Counted from the first letter of the whole stretch, positions 38,023-51,115 are shown. The stretch: DNA of 63,634 nt, filler included, from Rhabdomonas costata (GCA_019059605.1; 56 parts of 56 records of this genome joined end to end with filler, not necessarily neighbours in it), one strand, 5' to 3'. The notes: generated by a model not told the origin, from the sequence alone. Translations and numbers: made by a program.

Positions 38023-39844
38023 CTAAACAGCGAAAGCAGCACAAAAGTGGAGGACGGAAATATCCCCTCCACCGTGTGCCACGCAACTCCTGAACCTCGA
38101 CAACAGCAGGAAAAAGTAGGAAAGTGGACTTCTGGGGTATCTTTATTTCTTACCTTGAAGAGTGATCGACGTTTTCTTGGGCGAAACCAAGGCTTATCAT
38201 GATGCCGCTGTTGGTTTCTCTTTTGTATTCTCGCGGAACGTCAGGACGCAACTTCTCTCTTTGCGCATAATGTTTGTTCGCAAATTTGAGTGTACCCTAA
38301 GCCGGAGGGGGAGGGGAGGGGGGCGAAAACAAGAGGTGCTGATGAGAAGAAATACGCCAAGAGCAGAGACGGCACAGAACTGCACAGAACTGCACAGAAG
38401 GGGAGATAAAAATCCACTCAACCGTGCCCAACACAAATCCAGCTGCGACACAGCGTGCTAGATGCGAGGATTTCAATTTCACTCCAAAGAGATTTTTGAC
38501 TCACCGAGTTCTCATTTGGCGTATGTTCTTCAAAAGCACAGAAGATCGCGAAACACCGGGCCACGGACACCCTTACGAATGCATACAACACGGACTACAC
38601 CTTCAGNNNNNNNNNNNNNNNNNNNNNNNNNNNNNNNNNNNNNNNNNNNNTTAATTAATTAANNNNNNNNNNNNNNNNNNNNNNNNNNNNNNNNNNNNNN
38701 NNNNNNTTCCAATAAATTCCAACAGCCAATGGAGCCTCAAAACACTGAGCAAAGAACTGGGTAAGAGGAGGACTTTTTACTTTTAATCGTTTTTCTTGCG
38801 CCTGCGCCGGATTTGGGCCAGCAAAATCGAGAAAAATCGTGTATTCAACCGGTGCCCTTCACAACCCCGTGGTTGTGAACCTTCCCTCCGCGTGGCGACT
38901 TTCTGATGGAGTATTTCCTCACAAAATGCTCCAAAACCGGTTTTGTTCTTCCAGTTGCCTCTGTTTCCGGCGATGAAACGACAAAGGGGGCAGAAGGTGG
39001 AAGGCACCAAATCTGCAACAGCCAGGACTCTTCGACGGAAAAACATGGCTCCTTTTTTCTCAGCTTCGGCCGGCGTCGTTTCGGGGAAAGGAAATGCACT
39101 TTGTCAACACCACGCCGGTGGTACTCGTTTTTTTCCTCCATTTTTTCCGGGGGGGGGGGATTGGAGAGGGACATTTCCAAGAGGATTCAAACATTTTTGA
39201 ACAGGATGCGTCCAGTGCCAGGGGAATAGGAAAAGACCCGAAACTAAAACCTTCTAGGAGAGGCGCGCGGGCAAACGCAGGCGGCCGGAGGTGCGGGGAG
39301 GGACAAAAAAGAAAGTGGGGAAACCCGCCAGGAGGACTCTAAAGACTCCGAAGGAACTTGTAGCACATGCTGGGAAACCCACGTTGCTGAAATTGAAGTT
39401 CGCCAATGTGCCAAGAAACGGGTGGAACATCCCGAAAACTGGGAGAGGCGCGCGGGCAAACGAAGGAAACGGGTGGCCCCGGCCGCGGACAACTCCGTTT
39501 AACACTTTTCACTGTTGTGCCCGGTCTTCTTTCGGGCGTTCCCCCACCAGGCAAAAGCTAGTTCGTACCCTTTGTTCTTATCCATCGTCTTCCCCAGAAT
39601 CCATGGCGCAAGAGAAGAATCTCTCCGCAGAAGTCTGAGCCAGACCCAAACTGCATCTGAGAACGCTAACTTAATAAACCCAAAGCACCAACGCGCTCGT
39701 CAACCCGCATCTTAAAGACAGTCTTGCCGTTGCCGACCCACACANNNNNNNNNNNNNNNNNNNNNNNNNNNNNNNNNNNNNNNNNNNNTTAATTAATTAA
39801 NNNNNNNNNNNNNNNNNNNNNNNNNNNNNNNNNNNNNNNNNNNN

Positions 39845-40882
39845 CACATCCACAGGGGATTTCAGGACCAGGTCTTGCTCGCTCGAACTGCCCGGCTGGT
39901 AAGGCTGAGTATGGGGCACCACGACACAAATCAGGCTGCCCTGCTGCCGCCAATGAGAGACCTGGGCGGTGTTGGCTAGCACAGGAGAGGTGAAGATCAC
40001 GCTGGGAGCAACTTCCAGAACCGTCGTGGGCCCGAAAACACACGCTCCGGTGTACTTCAGTAGATTCATCAGAGCTTCTCGGCGGGCTTCGTCCTCATCA
40101 AGGACCAGTGCTGAGCATGAGAGCCAGCCTCCTAGGCTTTTGACCACAGGTGCAGGGACTTCGAAAGCAAAACGAAAGCCCTCATCTTCGCCCAGGCTGC
40201 TGGCAGCTATGTGCCCACCCAGGTGGGCTACCAATCGCTGACTGATCGATAGACCCAACTCGCTAGCTTCCGGGCCTGTGGTTTGAAGATCATGGATGAG
40301 GGGATGCTCATTCTTCTCGCACTTTCCGACCGCTGTGGGAATACCGGTGATCGCAACCCTAAGCTTCGCTTGTGCAGCGTCCCAGTTCAATCCGAGCGCA
40401 AGCTGACCGTCTCGGCTCCGTCCCAGGACGTTGGACAGCAAATTCGTCAGGGCTTGCTGCAGCAGCACTCGGTCGCAGAGCACACACGATGGAACGTTGG
40501 GGCTGACATCCAGCAGGAGTTCGGTGTTTTGCTGTCCTGCTTGAAGCTCCATCCTCCGAAGAACTTCAATGGAAAGCCTGCGGACGCTGACCCGTTGGGA
40601 AACCGCCTTCACTCGTTTTTCTCCGATCGATTCGCTGTTTCCGTCCAGCAGACCACTGATGAGAGTGAGTGCATGGTGCAAGGCTGCCCAGGCCTTGCGC
40701 AGCAGCTCCTTGCGATCTTCTTCCCCCATGGAGCTGCCTTCCAGCAGAATTTGCAGGGCTGATAGCGCCGTCGTTAGAGGAGTACGGATGTCATGGCTCG
40801 CGCTGGAAAGGGAGAACGTCTCCTCCATTGCACCGCTGGTGTCCGAACTTAGACCAGCAACCGGGGATTCAAGCGAGTCGGG
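39845..40882 (-). CDS. Hybrid histidine kinase-like protein (HisKA, HATPase_c, degenerate receiver); partial, open across the whole contig
   Basis: H-box SHDIRTPL, CDRVLLQQALTNLLSN N-box, LGLSISQRLVAHLGGHI, FRFAFEVP, then receiver-like SALVLDEDEARREALMNLL. Confidence 0.88.
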
Positions 40883-41313
40883 NNNNNNNNNNNNNNNNNN
40901 NNNNNNNNNNNNNNNNNNNNNNNNNNTTAATTAATTAANNNNNNNNNNNNNNNNNNNNNNNNNNNNNNNNNNNNNNNNNNNNTTGTTGGGGGGCCAGAGT
41001 TGCCCTCAGCCTAACTGAATTGCTGAATTGTCAATTTTGATTGGCAAGGGGCAAGTTTTGGTTCACGGCAGTTATTTTTTTTACCTTTGAGCTCGTGAGG
41101 TTCGTTTGGCTGATCCTGACATTCATCGAACCCTGATCATATTTCGGCCCACCCACCCCATCCCATAAATACCTGCGCCAGACGTGTATCGCCCTTCAAC
41201 CTCAGCTTCCACTGAAATAACAAGTTTTACGGGTGTGGGTGGTCATGGACGTGTGTGTGGGGATGGGGTGCAACGTTATGCTGAGCCTCGCTTCACCTTT
41301 CTTCTTTGAACAG

Positions 41314-41985
41314 GGCTGGTTGCGCTGGATCTAGGGGATCTAGGTGGCCTCATCTCGAAGGCTTTTACCGGAGCCTGCATCTCGGATTCATACTCTCACA
41401 TTATGTTTCATTACAAAGGCCACTGGGGTGCCCTGCCCGGAGTTCTCGCCCACCGTCAGTCCGCGCACTCCATTGGGTTCGACAGTGGTCAAGGCGGCTA
41501 GCAGGCTCACCACAGGTCTGGCAAAGCTATTTTTCCCTCTTTCCAAACATCGATTAAGAGTGGTTAAGTAATGAATAATTGATTTTGTTTCAGGTAACAA
41601 TGACCCCCCCCCCCAACATCAGTTGGGCCTCCGCTTGGTTTGGACCACTTGATAGCCTTCGCGACTTATGAGGCGAGGAACATTCCTGATCAGAGAGGAA
41701 CACGGAACACCCCTTCCCGTTGGTGAGGAATCAGCGTTATCTTCCCCATGCCATTTACGGGCTCATCGACAGCGATATGGCGAGCTTTACTTCCCTCTCG
41801 GTTGGGCAGTTTCTTAATTATACTGAAACTGAGACTTTCCCTTTCTCAGCCTTTTTTCTTTTTATGCACACGCTCGCAAGCTGTTTCTGTTGTTTTTGGA
41901 CGTGTGTTCATCAGACTCCAGCAGAACGGGAACCTCCGTCGCGGACAAGCGTCAGCACTGCCGCATCCGCCTGGAGAATAAGCCG
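41314..41985 (+). CDS. Possible C2-domain protein, two exons
   Basis: Exons 41314-41427 and 41915-41985 join in phase to GLVALDLGD...ISDSYSHIMFHYKGHW-D-SSRTGTSVADK..., loosely like C2 GL.A.D..G.SDPY...T.V. Confidence 0.4.
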
Positions 41986-43258
41986 GTGTGACTCTGCTTG
42001 AGTCTGATGAACACACACAANNNNNNNNNNNNNNNNNNNNNNNNNNNNNNNNNNNNNNNNNNNNTTAATTAATTAANNNNNNNNNNNNNNNNNNNNNNNN
42101 NNNNNNNNNNNNNNNNNNNNGTGTGGGGTGTGTTGGGTGTTGGGCTGCGCGCACATGAATTCCTTTTTATCGTCGCTGCGATCACAGCCGGGTAGGTAGG
42201 CAGCCCCTCCCTTTGAGTCAACCGCCAGCGCCATCTCTCTCTCACTCTCACTACTGTCCCTGCATGGCTTTCCCTTCCATACCTTCCGCTTACTCTGCGT
42301 GGCTCTTTGTTCTCCAAATGGCACGGCTTTTGTATGCTGTAGACTCTTCTTGTTTCCAATGGGGTTGCTGGTGGACTGCCCGTGATTATCCGCCGTGCAT
42401 GGTGGGGTACGTGACTGGAAGTGCTATTCCTCCTGCATTCTTCAACTGCAATGCCGTTTGACTTGAATTGCACTCGCGCGATGTGAAGGCTTCGACCAGT
42501 ATGTGTGCTGCTGGCAATCGCCTGCTGTTGGCGATGCACCGCTACAGTTTTGAATTGCAATATTTGCTTCACTCCAGTACCGAGAGGATGCGAGCCTTTT
42601 TTGTGCTCTTTGCTGGGGGCGTTCTCCGAAAGTTTGTTGCCCTTTGCGCCTTTTTGCAGCCCGTCGCAACCAGCAGCGCTGTGGCGACCACCTCGGTGGC
42701 TGAGGCGGCAGCTTCAACGGAGGTTCCTGCGCTGCCGGCACTCGCCCACTTTGGCAAGACTGCCTTTTTGCAGAGACAAAGCACACAACCACCTCAACAG
42801 GCAATTAGCGCAACTTATATGAAGAAACAAGGATTTCGGGCAGCAGTCAGCAAAGGATAGGAAAAGAAAGGATCAGAGATCAGAGATGGTGATAGACAGA
42901 AGCAGATCGTCGACACACGCACTTTTCCTTCCCTTCTGTATTCTTGGTTAGGCGGGCGAGTGGGTATTGCTCTTCTGCAATCAATAACAATAGAGAGGGC
43001 GCTGCCTCAGAATTGACCCCGAGATCCGCTACAGCTTTCAAATCTGGCAGCCTGCCTTCTACGCTGTTGACGGGGACGGCCTGTCCTCGGTACTCACACA
43101 CAGAGCACCGTGAAACACACCCGCGCGCGGAAATCCTGCACCCCCAAACACACAAACANNNNNNNNNNNNNNNNNNNNNNNNNNNNNNNNNNNNNNNNNN
43201 NNTTAATTAATTAANNNNNNNNNNNNNNNNNNNNNNNNNNNNNNNNNNNNNNNNNNNN

Positions 43259-43901
43259 TGGAGTAGTCCGAGGCGGACAGGTGGGAGCTGCTCAGCGGGG
43301 ACACCGCCAGCCCGATCCGGGCGAGGTAGAACAGGTACTCCACCGCGGGGATCCGCCCCACGCTGGCCGCGTGGCTCACACTGTCGGCCAGAAGGAAGCA
43401 CGCCGCCAGGTGGCTCTGGGAAAGGGCCAGAGAATTAGATGTGGGTGTGTCCAGCAACAACACGGTAAGGCTGTGGCTGTGGTGCGGAAGCGAACTTCCG
43501 TTATACCATCAACCAGATCCACATTACTCAGACCATACTCAAAAACTCAATCATCACAGTAATCCTCCTCGTGTTCGTGATCACGATCGCCATTATTATT
43601 ATAATTGTCATCATCGTCACCATCACCAATACCACAGCAATTATTTTTAAAATAAAAATCATCATCATCATACACACATAATGGTCACATAATCAGCAAA
43701 ATCACACCCTGCCAGCGTCGTCGGCGCAGTGCGGCCGGAACAGAAACACTGAGAGCCCCTTCGAGGCCCGGAAGGTGTTCAAAGCGGCGATGTTGGCGTG
43801 GAGGTAGTACAGGTAGTACGTAAACGGAGGGTTCTCCTCCCGAGTCCACTGGTCGGGAGTCTCTCGGGGCATCGCCCGCCCGCTGATCTTACTCCGGGGC
43901 A
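43259..43901 (-). CDS. AMP deaminase-like protein (divergent active-site region), two exons
   Basis: Exons 43901-43708 and 43415-43259 give [94 protein letters not shown], collinear with AMPD. Confidence 0.9.
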
Positions 43902-45534
43902 CTGGTGCTGGAGAGCAGTCAAACCCTGAGCCGTGAAAACAGCAGTAAAATCCCCCACCGTTCCATTGACGTCCGTGCCGGTACGTCGTCTATCACGGTT
44001 ATACAGATATTAAGTATAGCACGTTACACCGTAAACTCAGAACACATGCTTTTGACGTTTGAACGTTTGAAAGGTATCCCATGCGCGCATACAAGTCTAG
44101 TAGCATGTTACGGCGTGTTACGGCAGGTTATGGACGATACGGGAACGCTACGTATATTTTCGTCGTATTACGACGTAATACGACGAAATACCCTGAGGCA
44201 TACAACATCGTCCAACGACACTACCAGATCCCCATCATCCGCCACCAACGAAAGCCGAGAGAGGCCTGTGCCCATACCGGCCATGTGCTTCACGAANNNN
44301 NNNNNNNNNNNNNNNNNNNNNNNNNNNNNNNNNNNNNNNNTTAATTAATTAANNNNNNNNNNNNNNNNNNNNNNNNNNNNNNNNNNNNNNNNNNNNGGGG
44401 GTTTGGGCTCACTGTGTTGCATGGCCAACTTGCTTGCTGCCTTCTGTATTCTTTCTTGCATTCTTGTTCGAGTCCGTAAGGTGGAAAAGGCACGGAGAGA
44501 CCAAGGAGACCAAGGCCAATAGCATTTTGTGAACCGTTTCCTGGTTATGGTTGGTTTTCGAGTGCGCTTCGGTCTTTGTTTTGCCATAAGGCAGACAATA
44601 TTCATCTTGCTGCAAGATGCCATTCATGTTCAGCGCTGCTCCGGTTTTGTTGCTCCGCCACAGCTACAGACGTAGTCAGTTGCAATGGGACACAGCTGCG
44701 AAGGATGCAGGAATGGAATAGCCCGTTGCCTTTAAGCCGACAAGTGTGCTGGAATTGCCAGGAATTGCCAAATTCTTGTAGGCGTTATGGGAAGAGTTGG
44801 TCGATCCATGGGAGACACTGGGAAGGCAGGGGGATCTGCGCTCGCGGCAGAGATGGTGCTATGAAGTCACATAGCTATGCGCGAATACCGAGCGGTGCTA
44901 CACGGAGTCGAAGTGGGTATTTCGCCCAGAACCTCACCTCAACGCCCGCACCCCACAGCCCACAGCCGTCCTCAGCACCACCTCTGCCCACCCATATCCA
45001 CAACCTTTAAACGCCATGCCCCTCATTCGTATGTTGTTTCCTCACCTACTAGAAGAGCCGGCACTTGGGGCTGCTGTGGTGATTCCCCCAGGACCCCATC
45101 GCTGCGGTTTAGGCGTTCTCTAGCATGGAGGCGTGGAGCCATCGTTACTCAAAGAACTTTATCATCATCGTCGTCGTCGATATGGAAATATAATAATATA
45201 GAACTGCATCAAGCCGACAACTGATGCCCCTGGAGATGATGCCACGAATGCGGAACAGATGCATCTGCCGCTCATCACGGGGTACTCTTCTCTCGCTGAG
45301 CAGTCAGAACAGCAGGAGGAATCGCGCACGTGACTGTTGGGAGCGCAAGCGAACCCTGTGCGGCTGCGCTGCCCCCCCCCCTTCGTGCGTTGCCTGTCGA
45401 GACTAGTTCGCCGAGAAACTCCGCTAGAGCTCTTNNNNNNNNNNNNNNNNNNNNNNNNNNNNNNNNNNNNNNNNNNNNTTAATTAATTAANNNNNNNNNN
45501 NNNNNNNNNNNNNNNNNNNNNNNNNNNNNNNNNN

Positions 45535-46572
45535 GGTTCGGTGGTGTTGCATGGTTGGGTGTGCGTTTGGTGATGTTGCTGGGTGCGTTTGCGGTGGGAA
45601 TGTTGCTGGTGCTGGTGGGTGGAGATGCTTTGGTGCTCTTTGTGGGTTGGGAGGTGATTGGTGTGGCATCGGTGTTGCTGGTGGGGTAGTATTCGTGTCA
45701 TACGACCTGCATACACCATGGGGGCCCCACGAATAAGGCACGTATGAGTAAAAAGAGGAGACAGAACCGGAGGCAGAAGCCGAGACACCAACAGCAGACA
45801 CAGCGAACGACACAGAAGCATGCATAGGATCAGAGTGAGATGTGTAAGAGGAGACAGAGACAGAGACAGAAGGACACACAGAACCACCAATGCCGCTAGA
45901 GACGGAGACAGGAACATGCACTGACACAACGCGAACACCACAAGGAATCACACGACCAACAGGAATTCCAACACCACCGCCAACGCCTCGACCACCACAG
46001 CATGACTCACCAACAGCACCGCACGACACCAGCTCCAGCACCAACAACGTAACGACCACGACTACACCAACGCCTTGACCACCACCACCAACAACAACAG
46101 GAACAACAACACACACTACGCATAGCACCAACGTAATACCATCAACAAGCACAAAGCACAGACACATCCTACGACACAAGCACAGCACAGGAACCTTGGA
46201 CACAGACTCGGCATGGTTGACTCCGACATTCTACGCACCAACAACCCCTACGACTACAGCTACAGCAACGACTACGACTACACCTACACCTACAGCATAA
46301 CCCTACACCTACACCTACAGCAGAACCTATACCTATACCTATATCTATACCTACACCTGTACCTATACATATAATAACAAGAACGCACACGCACGTAAGA
46401 TATCCACAGCACCCTTGTCCCCCATAGCAACATGCCAAACAACGTACCCATAGCGCACAAATCCACCACACCATCCACCTCAGCAACGACCTCGCCGACC
46501 CACTCGATACACACGACACCATCCAACCCTGCATGCAACCCACACTCGAAGCAAACCGAAGGATAAGTACAA
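45535..46572. repeat. Low-complexity C/A-rich region with (CTACAC/CTATAC)n runs; related to 12529-12910
   Basis: Hexamer runs at 46250-46370, GAGACA runs, and an 18-bp core shared with the contig starting at 12529. Confidence 0.6.
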
Positions 46573-47113
46573 NNNNNNNNNNNNNNNNNNNNNNNNNNNN
46601 NNNNNNNNNNNNNNNNTTAATTAATTAANNNNNNNNNNNNNNNNNNNNNNNNNNNNNNNNNNNNNNNNNNNNTTTTGGGGTGGAGCCCATTAGCTATCCT
46701 GTAATATGGTTTTTTTTCTGCTTGCATCTTTCTTGTTTATGTTATCTGTTCTACAGTTTCTTTCTGTAAAATCTTGTCGCTTCGCATCGCATTGCTGTGT
46801 AGGTTACGGCTGGACTGAATCGTTACCATGCCATGAAAACAAATGATAGGATAACGGAATTAAGGCAAAAAGATAAAAGGTGAGGGCTTGCTAAGGGTGG
46901 GCCCTTCACAGAGGGATTTCTCGCTGGACAATGCAGGAAGAGCACTTTCCCTTCCGCCATGCGTCCTCCAACCCCTAATGAGTATTATGCCGAACATAAC
47001 AGGAAGACCTGAATAGCGCGAGTCAGCACCGCATACTGCCCCGTTCAAGCATGACTGGTAACGAACCACTATTGCAAAAAAAACAAGAAGCATTTATTGG
47101 GGGGCGGATGGAC

Positions 47114-47213
47114 CCGGAATGACGCTCTTGGCTCCCAACACAAACTCCAGTGGATCCCTTCCCTCGGAGCTGTCGAAAATCTCCCCGTTGTCAAGGCTTC
47201 CGGTGTAGTGCAC
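47114..47213 (-). CDS. FKBP-type peptidyl-prolyl cis-trans isomerase exon (absent from the ORF track)
   Basis: CAG acceptor, VHYTGSLDNGEIFDSSEGRDPLEFVLGAKSVIPG, GT donor; FKBP signature VHYTG.L..G..FDSS....P..F.LG...VI.G. Confidence 0.92.
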
Positions 47214-47844
47214 CTGAATCACCCCCAGCCAGTGTCCTCGCAAAAGCAACACCTCCCCTCATTCCCATATTTTACCACCAATCCCCTTTCGCCCTCTTGC
47301 ACTCCAAAACCGAAAAACAGAACTCATGTGGAAGAGAAACAAGTGCGATAAATGCGGCGGGTGTTGTGGCGCTTCATTTGCACAAACTCTCGACTGGACA
47401 CCAGAAACTACAGGTTCACATGAATGACAGGCATAGAACGAAAGCGAAGACAAAAGATTGAGTGACCTTGGAAAGCACGGAGGAAAAGCAACGACACAAG
47501 AAACGGAGAAATGGATACCCAACATGGAAAAGTAAGCGGCTGAGTTCGGGCCTTACCCCAAGGCACTTAACGTGAAAGCCTGCATACAAACCAAAGAAAC
47601 CGCCAAGGCTAAGAAAAACCAGCCGGCTGGAACAATCCATCACCGCAGCAGCAGATTAAATTACTCCATGCTGGAAATCGTCCGCAAGGTTGCGCAGCAA
47701 AACCCACACANNNNNNNNNNNNNNNNNNNNNNNNNNNNNNNNNNNNNNNNNNNNTTAATTAATTAANNNNNNNNNNNNNNNNNNNNNNNNNNNNNNNNNN
47801 NNNNNNNNNNGTTGGTGTGGTGATTTGTTGGGTTCACGTATACT

Positions 47845-48440
47845 TTACACAGGGGAGGGGTGTTGGGGAGGAAGGGTTGAGCCATCAGCCGCGGCGGCGC
47901 GGAGAATGAGGCTAGGGTAGTATCCTGGGGTTGTGTAGCGTTCACGGGAGGGACGAATGACCGCGGAGTACGTCTCCTCCACTGGAGCGACTACGTAGCC
48001 CTCAGGGTCTTCAGGGCTGGGAACGTACACCTAAACGTCCCGGCCCGAATGAAGGAGTGGAGGCATTATTAGCGATAGCGCCTCTCGGCCTGCTTCAAAT
48101 GGAGCCCTACCGTTCCACTTTCTCAATACTACTCATACTACACACATGAATCCAGATAGCAGAAATAATAAGCCTGTCTTGGGCCATGTTCGGTGAGCTC
48201 ACATTTGCCAGAAGGTTCGAACGCTTTTCGGGAAAACATCACGAACCGATCTCAGGAAAAATGTTCCTAGAGTACCCCATGCCTGGAATTTTCGTCTCAA
48301 AAACCACCACACAGGAGCAATCCCCTTAAGGTTATTTTCAAAAAAAATTCACAGCAGCGTACCGTGACGATATACGGTCCTGGCCTGCCCTTCTCCTGTT
48401 CCTCGTACGCGTTGTCGTCGATGAAGATCTCTAGGGGGTC
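47845..48440 (-). CDS. Hypothetical protein, two exons (probably 3'-terminal)
   Basis: Exons 48440-48363 (DPLEIFIDDNAYEEQEKGRPGPYIVT) and 48030-47845 (VYVPSPEDPEGYVVAPVEETYSAVIRPS...) join in phase 0 across a GT-AG intron. Confidence 0.55.
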
Positions 48441-49579
48441 CTGCCCAGCCCAACCCCTTCTATCCATACATCCGCCTCCACTCACGCATGCAATACTCCA
48501 TATACATTCTCGAAGAAGAAGCAGGAGAGAAATTTGTGGAAAGCATAGGGACACTGCAACAGTGCTACGGTGTGGTACTGGACTCAACTGGTTCAATCGC
48601 TGAACGTTCAATATTTAGTTCCAAAAAACCACTGCTGCGTAATCGCTATCATCCCGTCCTCTGCGCCATCGCGACCATCCTTCCATGCGCCAGGTTTGTA
48701 TTACTGTGTGTTTTCATTTTCGATATAATTATCTGCCACACACTCTCTCTCTCAATCTCGGCCAGAACATCTGGTAGCCTTCGGCTTCCAATTTCGCAAC
48801 TTTGGCAACTTATCTCATCTCTCTCCAGGTTCTTCTTCCCCCAACCCCNNNNNNNNNNNNNNNNNNNNNNNNNNNNNNNNNNNNNNNNNNNNTTAATTAA
48901 TTAANNNNNNNNNNNNNNNNNNNNNNNNNNNNNNNNNNNNNNNNNNNNGTGTGGGGGGCCTTTGGTCAGTAACTACCATGAGCTCCAGACCTTTTCATTC
49001 TCATGAACATTAGTCGCTCGTGGGTGGTGCAGCTGCTGGTGCTGCATGCACGGCCTACAGCCCATGCCGTCGAGCCAAACTCGCGAGCGACATTCTAGAC
49101 CCCAAGGGGCACCAAGCTGGCACTGCCTCCCTTCTAAATGGGGAGCGCTGGAGGCTGGACCGTTACTCACAGAAAACAAAAAGGAGTTGCGACATCGTGT
49201 CAGTTTCAGCTCGCCATTTACGTAACCAGATGTGTGCACTAATGCAGAATTGGAGGTAACCTTTCATCCACTTAAGGCTCAGGGGTTGGAACAGAGCTGC
49301 GCATGTGTGTGACGCGGAGATTCAGGAAATTACTACCGCTGCATAGTCCGCCGTCTCCCCGACATGAAATATATTACTATCCAAAATAAGGGAGAAAAAT
49401 CCGGCCTTGGGATTATTACTGGTTCAGATGGGTGCTGTGTGCAGTGTGTACATCACTCACTCACTCACACATGTAATGGGTACATTCTCTGAACAGAGAG
49501 CATGGTGCTGCCTTTCCTCTTCTCCGGATGAGTCCCTGATTCTGTGTGACTAGGTATGTTGGGGGGGTTGCAGGCACAC

Positions 49580-49803
49580 CAAATGCAGGTGCCGTTGGCG
49601 CACGTCCCGTGGCCACTGCACACCAGCCCACCAGAGGTGGGGCAGGCCAGGTCGCAGGCCAACCCAGACCACCCCGTGGTGCAGAAGCACTGCCCCGTCC
49701 CTGTGGTGGCATACGCGCAGGCGCCGTGACCGTTGCATGGATTGGTGGCGCCCCCGGGGCACGGGCTGGCGCAGCCAGGGCCCCAGTACCCCACCGGGCA
49801 TCC
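49580..49803 (-). CDS. EGF/laminin-EGF-like repeat surface protein exon
   Basis: GCPVGYWGPGCASPCPGGATNPCNGHGAC...GQCFCTTGWSGLACDLACP...CSGHGTCANGTCI(C), bounded by AG and GT. Confidence 0.9.
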
Positions 49804-50858
49804 CTGAAAACCAAAACAAAGCGGCAAGGCAGGCAAGACGGCAGTCAAACAACAGCAAGGCTTCCCACTAGTCAGCCACGTCGTATCCCCCCCCCCAAAA
49901 AAAAACTCGAGCTTCAGGCTCAAGCAGGGGTATTCATCCCTGATTCAGAAAAGTCAGCCCACTACAAACAGGCAACGAACCAAAAAANNNNNNNNNNNNN
50001 NNNNNNNNNNNNNNNNNNNNNNNNNNNNNNNTTAATTAATTAANNNNNNNNNNNNNNNNNNNNNNNNNNNNNNNNNNNNNNNNNNNNGAGTGAGCTTGTT
50101 CTGTTATTAATTATTGATAGGAGCGCGTTGATCAAAGAAGGTCGGTTGGTTGGGTCGCCTGCTGACTCCTCATCGCAGTGGTGTTCTTTCATGACCCAGT
50201 TTCCACACTTACCACGCTTACCTCCTTTCTCCATGGGACCCATTCCAGGTTTTTTTCTCCATTTTTTTCTTTGGTGGCCGCACGCTACGTTCTTCGAAGC
50301 TGGGTTGCGGTGCGTGGGGCCCCCTTAAACCAAGGCATTCTGCGGGATGTGTGCTCTCAGTTGTAAGCACAGCCCCGTCGGCGTCCTCCCCTGAACACAC
50401 TATGGCGGGCACCTACGCATCCTGTGTCGGACTGAAGGATGGCTCCCAGTCTGCGGCAGTGTCCGTTGTGGAAGAGAGCTGGTTGTGTGAGTGCGGCCAG
50501 GAGGCTTTTTAATCCTTGGGGGGGGGGGGGTGCTTTCTGTTTTCCTGCATTCGCTTTGCTGTAACACCATTTGTTGAATTGTTGAAGGGAATAATGTCCA
50601 CCAAATTTCCATGAAGTCGTTGAAAAACCTGTTTTGGTCCTAGTCATGCAAAAATTCAGTAAACGACTGCACGAAGGCATGCATTATCTGTGACCTGCGT
50701 TTCTACAATTCAGTAAACATTTTTACAAGTTGTTCAACTGCCAGCAAAACACACATTACACGGTCTTCATTCCTTTTCCCCGGAACTTTTCTCGCTTGTC
50801 CCATCAATTATTACACCACATCTTTAAAACATCCAACCGCCCGAAGGGGGTCAATTTA

Positions 50859-51115
50859 TTGGGTTAAAGCAAAGTTTAATTCCTTATTTATCTCCGGACC
50901 AAAAGTTCGATTTCCTCTTCATCGCGACTTTCAAAAAACATTCCCTGAAAAGACCGCGAAGATATTTGTCTTCTGGGTCTCTCTTTGGCCATCATTGGTC
51001 CATCCGTCTTGGGACATTTGAATATGTCTTCTACTGGGTGGGAAATGCGCGATGAAGAGGAAATCGAACTTTTGGTCCGGAGATAAATAAGGAATTAAAC
51101 TTTGCTTTAACCCAA
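50859..51115. repeat. Perfect 68-bp-arm inverted repeat with about 120-bp spacer at contig end (probable fold-back artefact)
   Basis: Arms 50859-50926 and 51048-51115. Confidence 0.9.

Noticed and set aside
45483..46543. Long hydrophobic Val/Ser/Cys-rich ORFs (similar ones at 5820-6699 and 12605-13342)
   Set aside because: They result from stop-poor low-complexity G/T- or C/A-biased sequence, with no recognisable domain.
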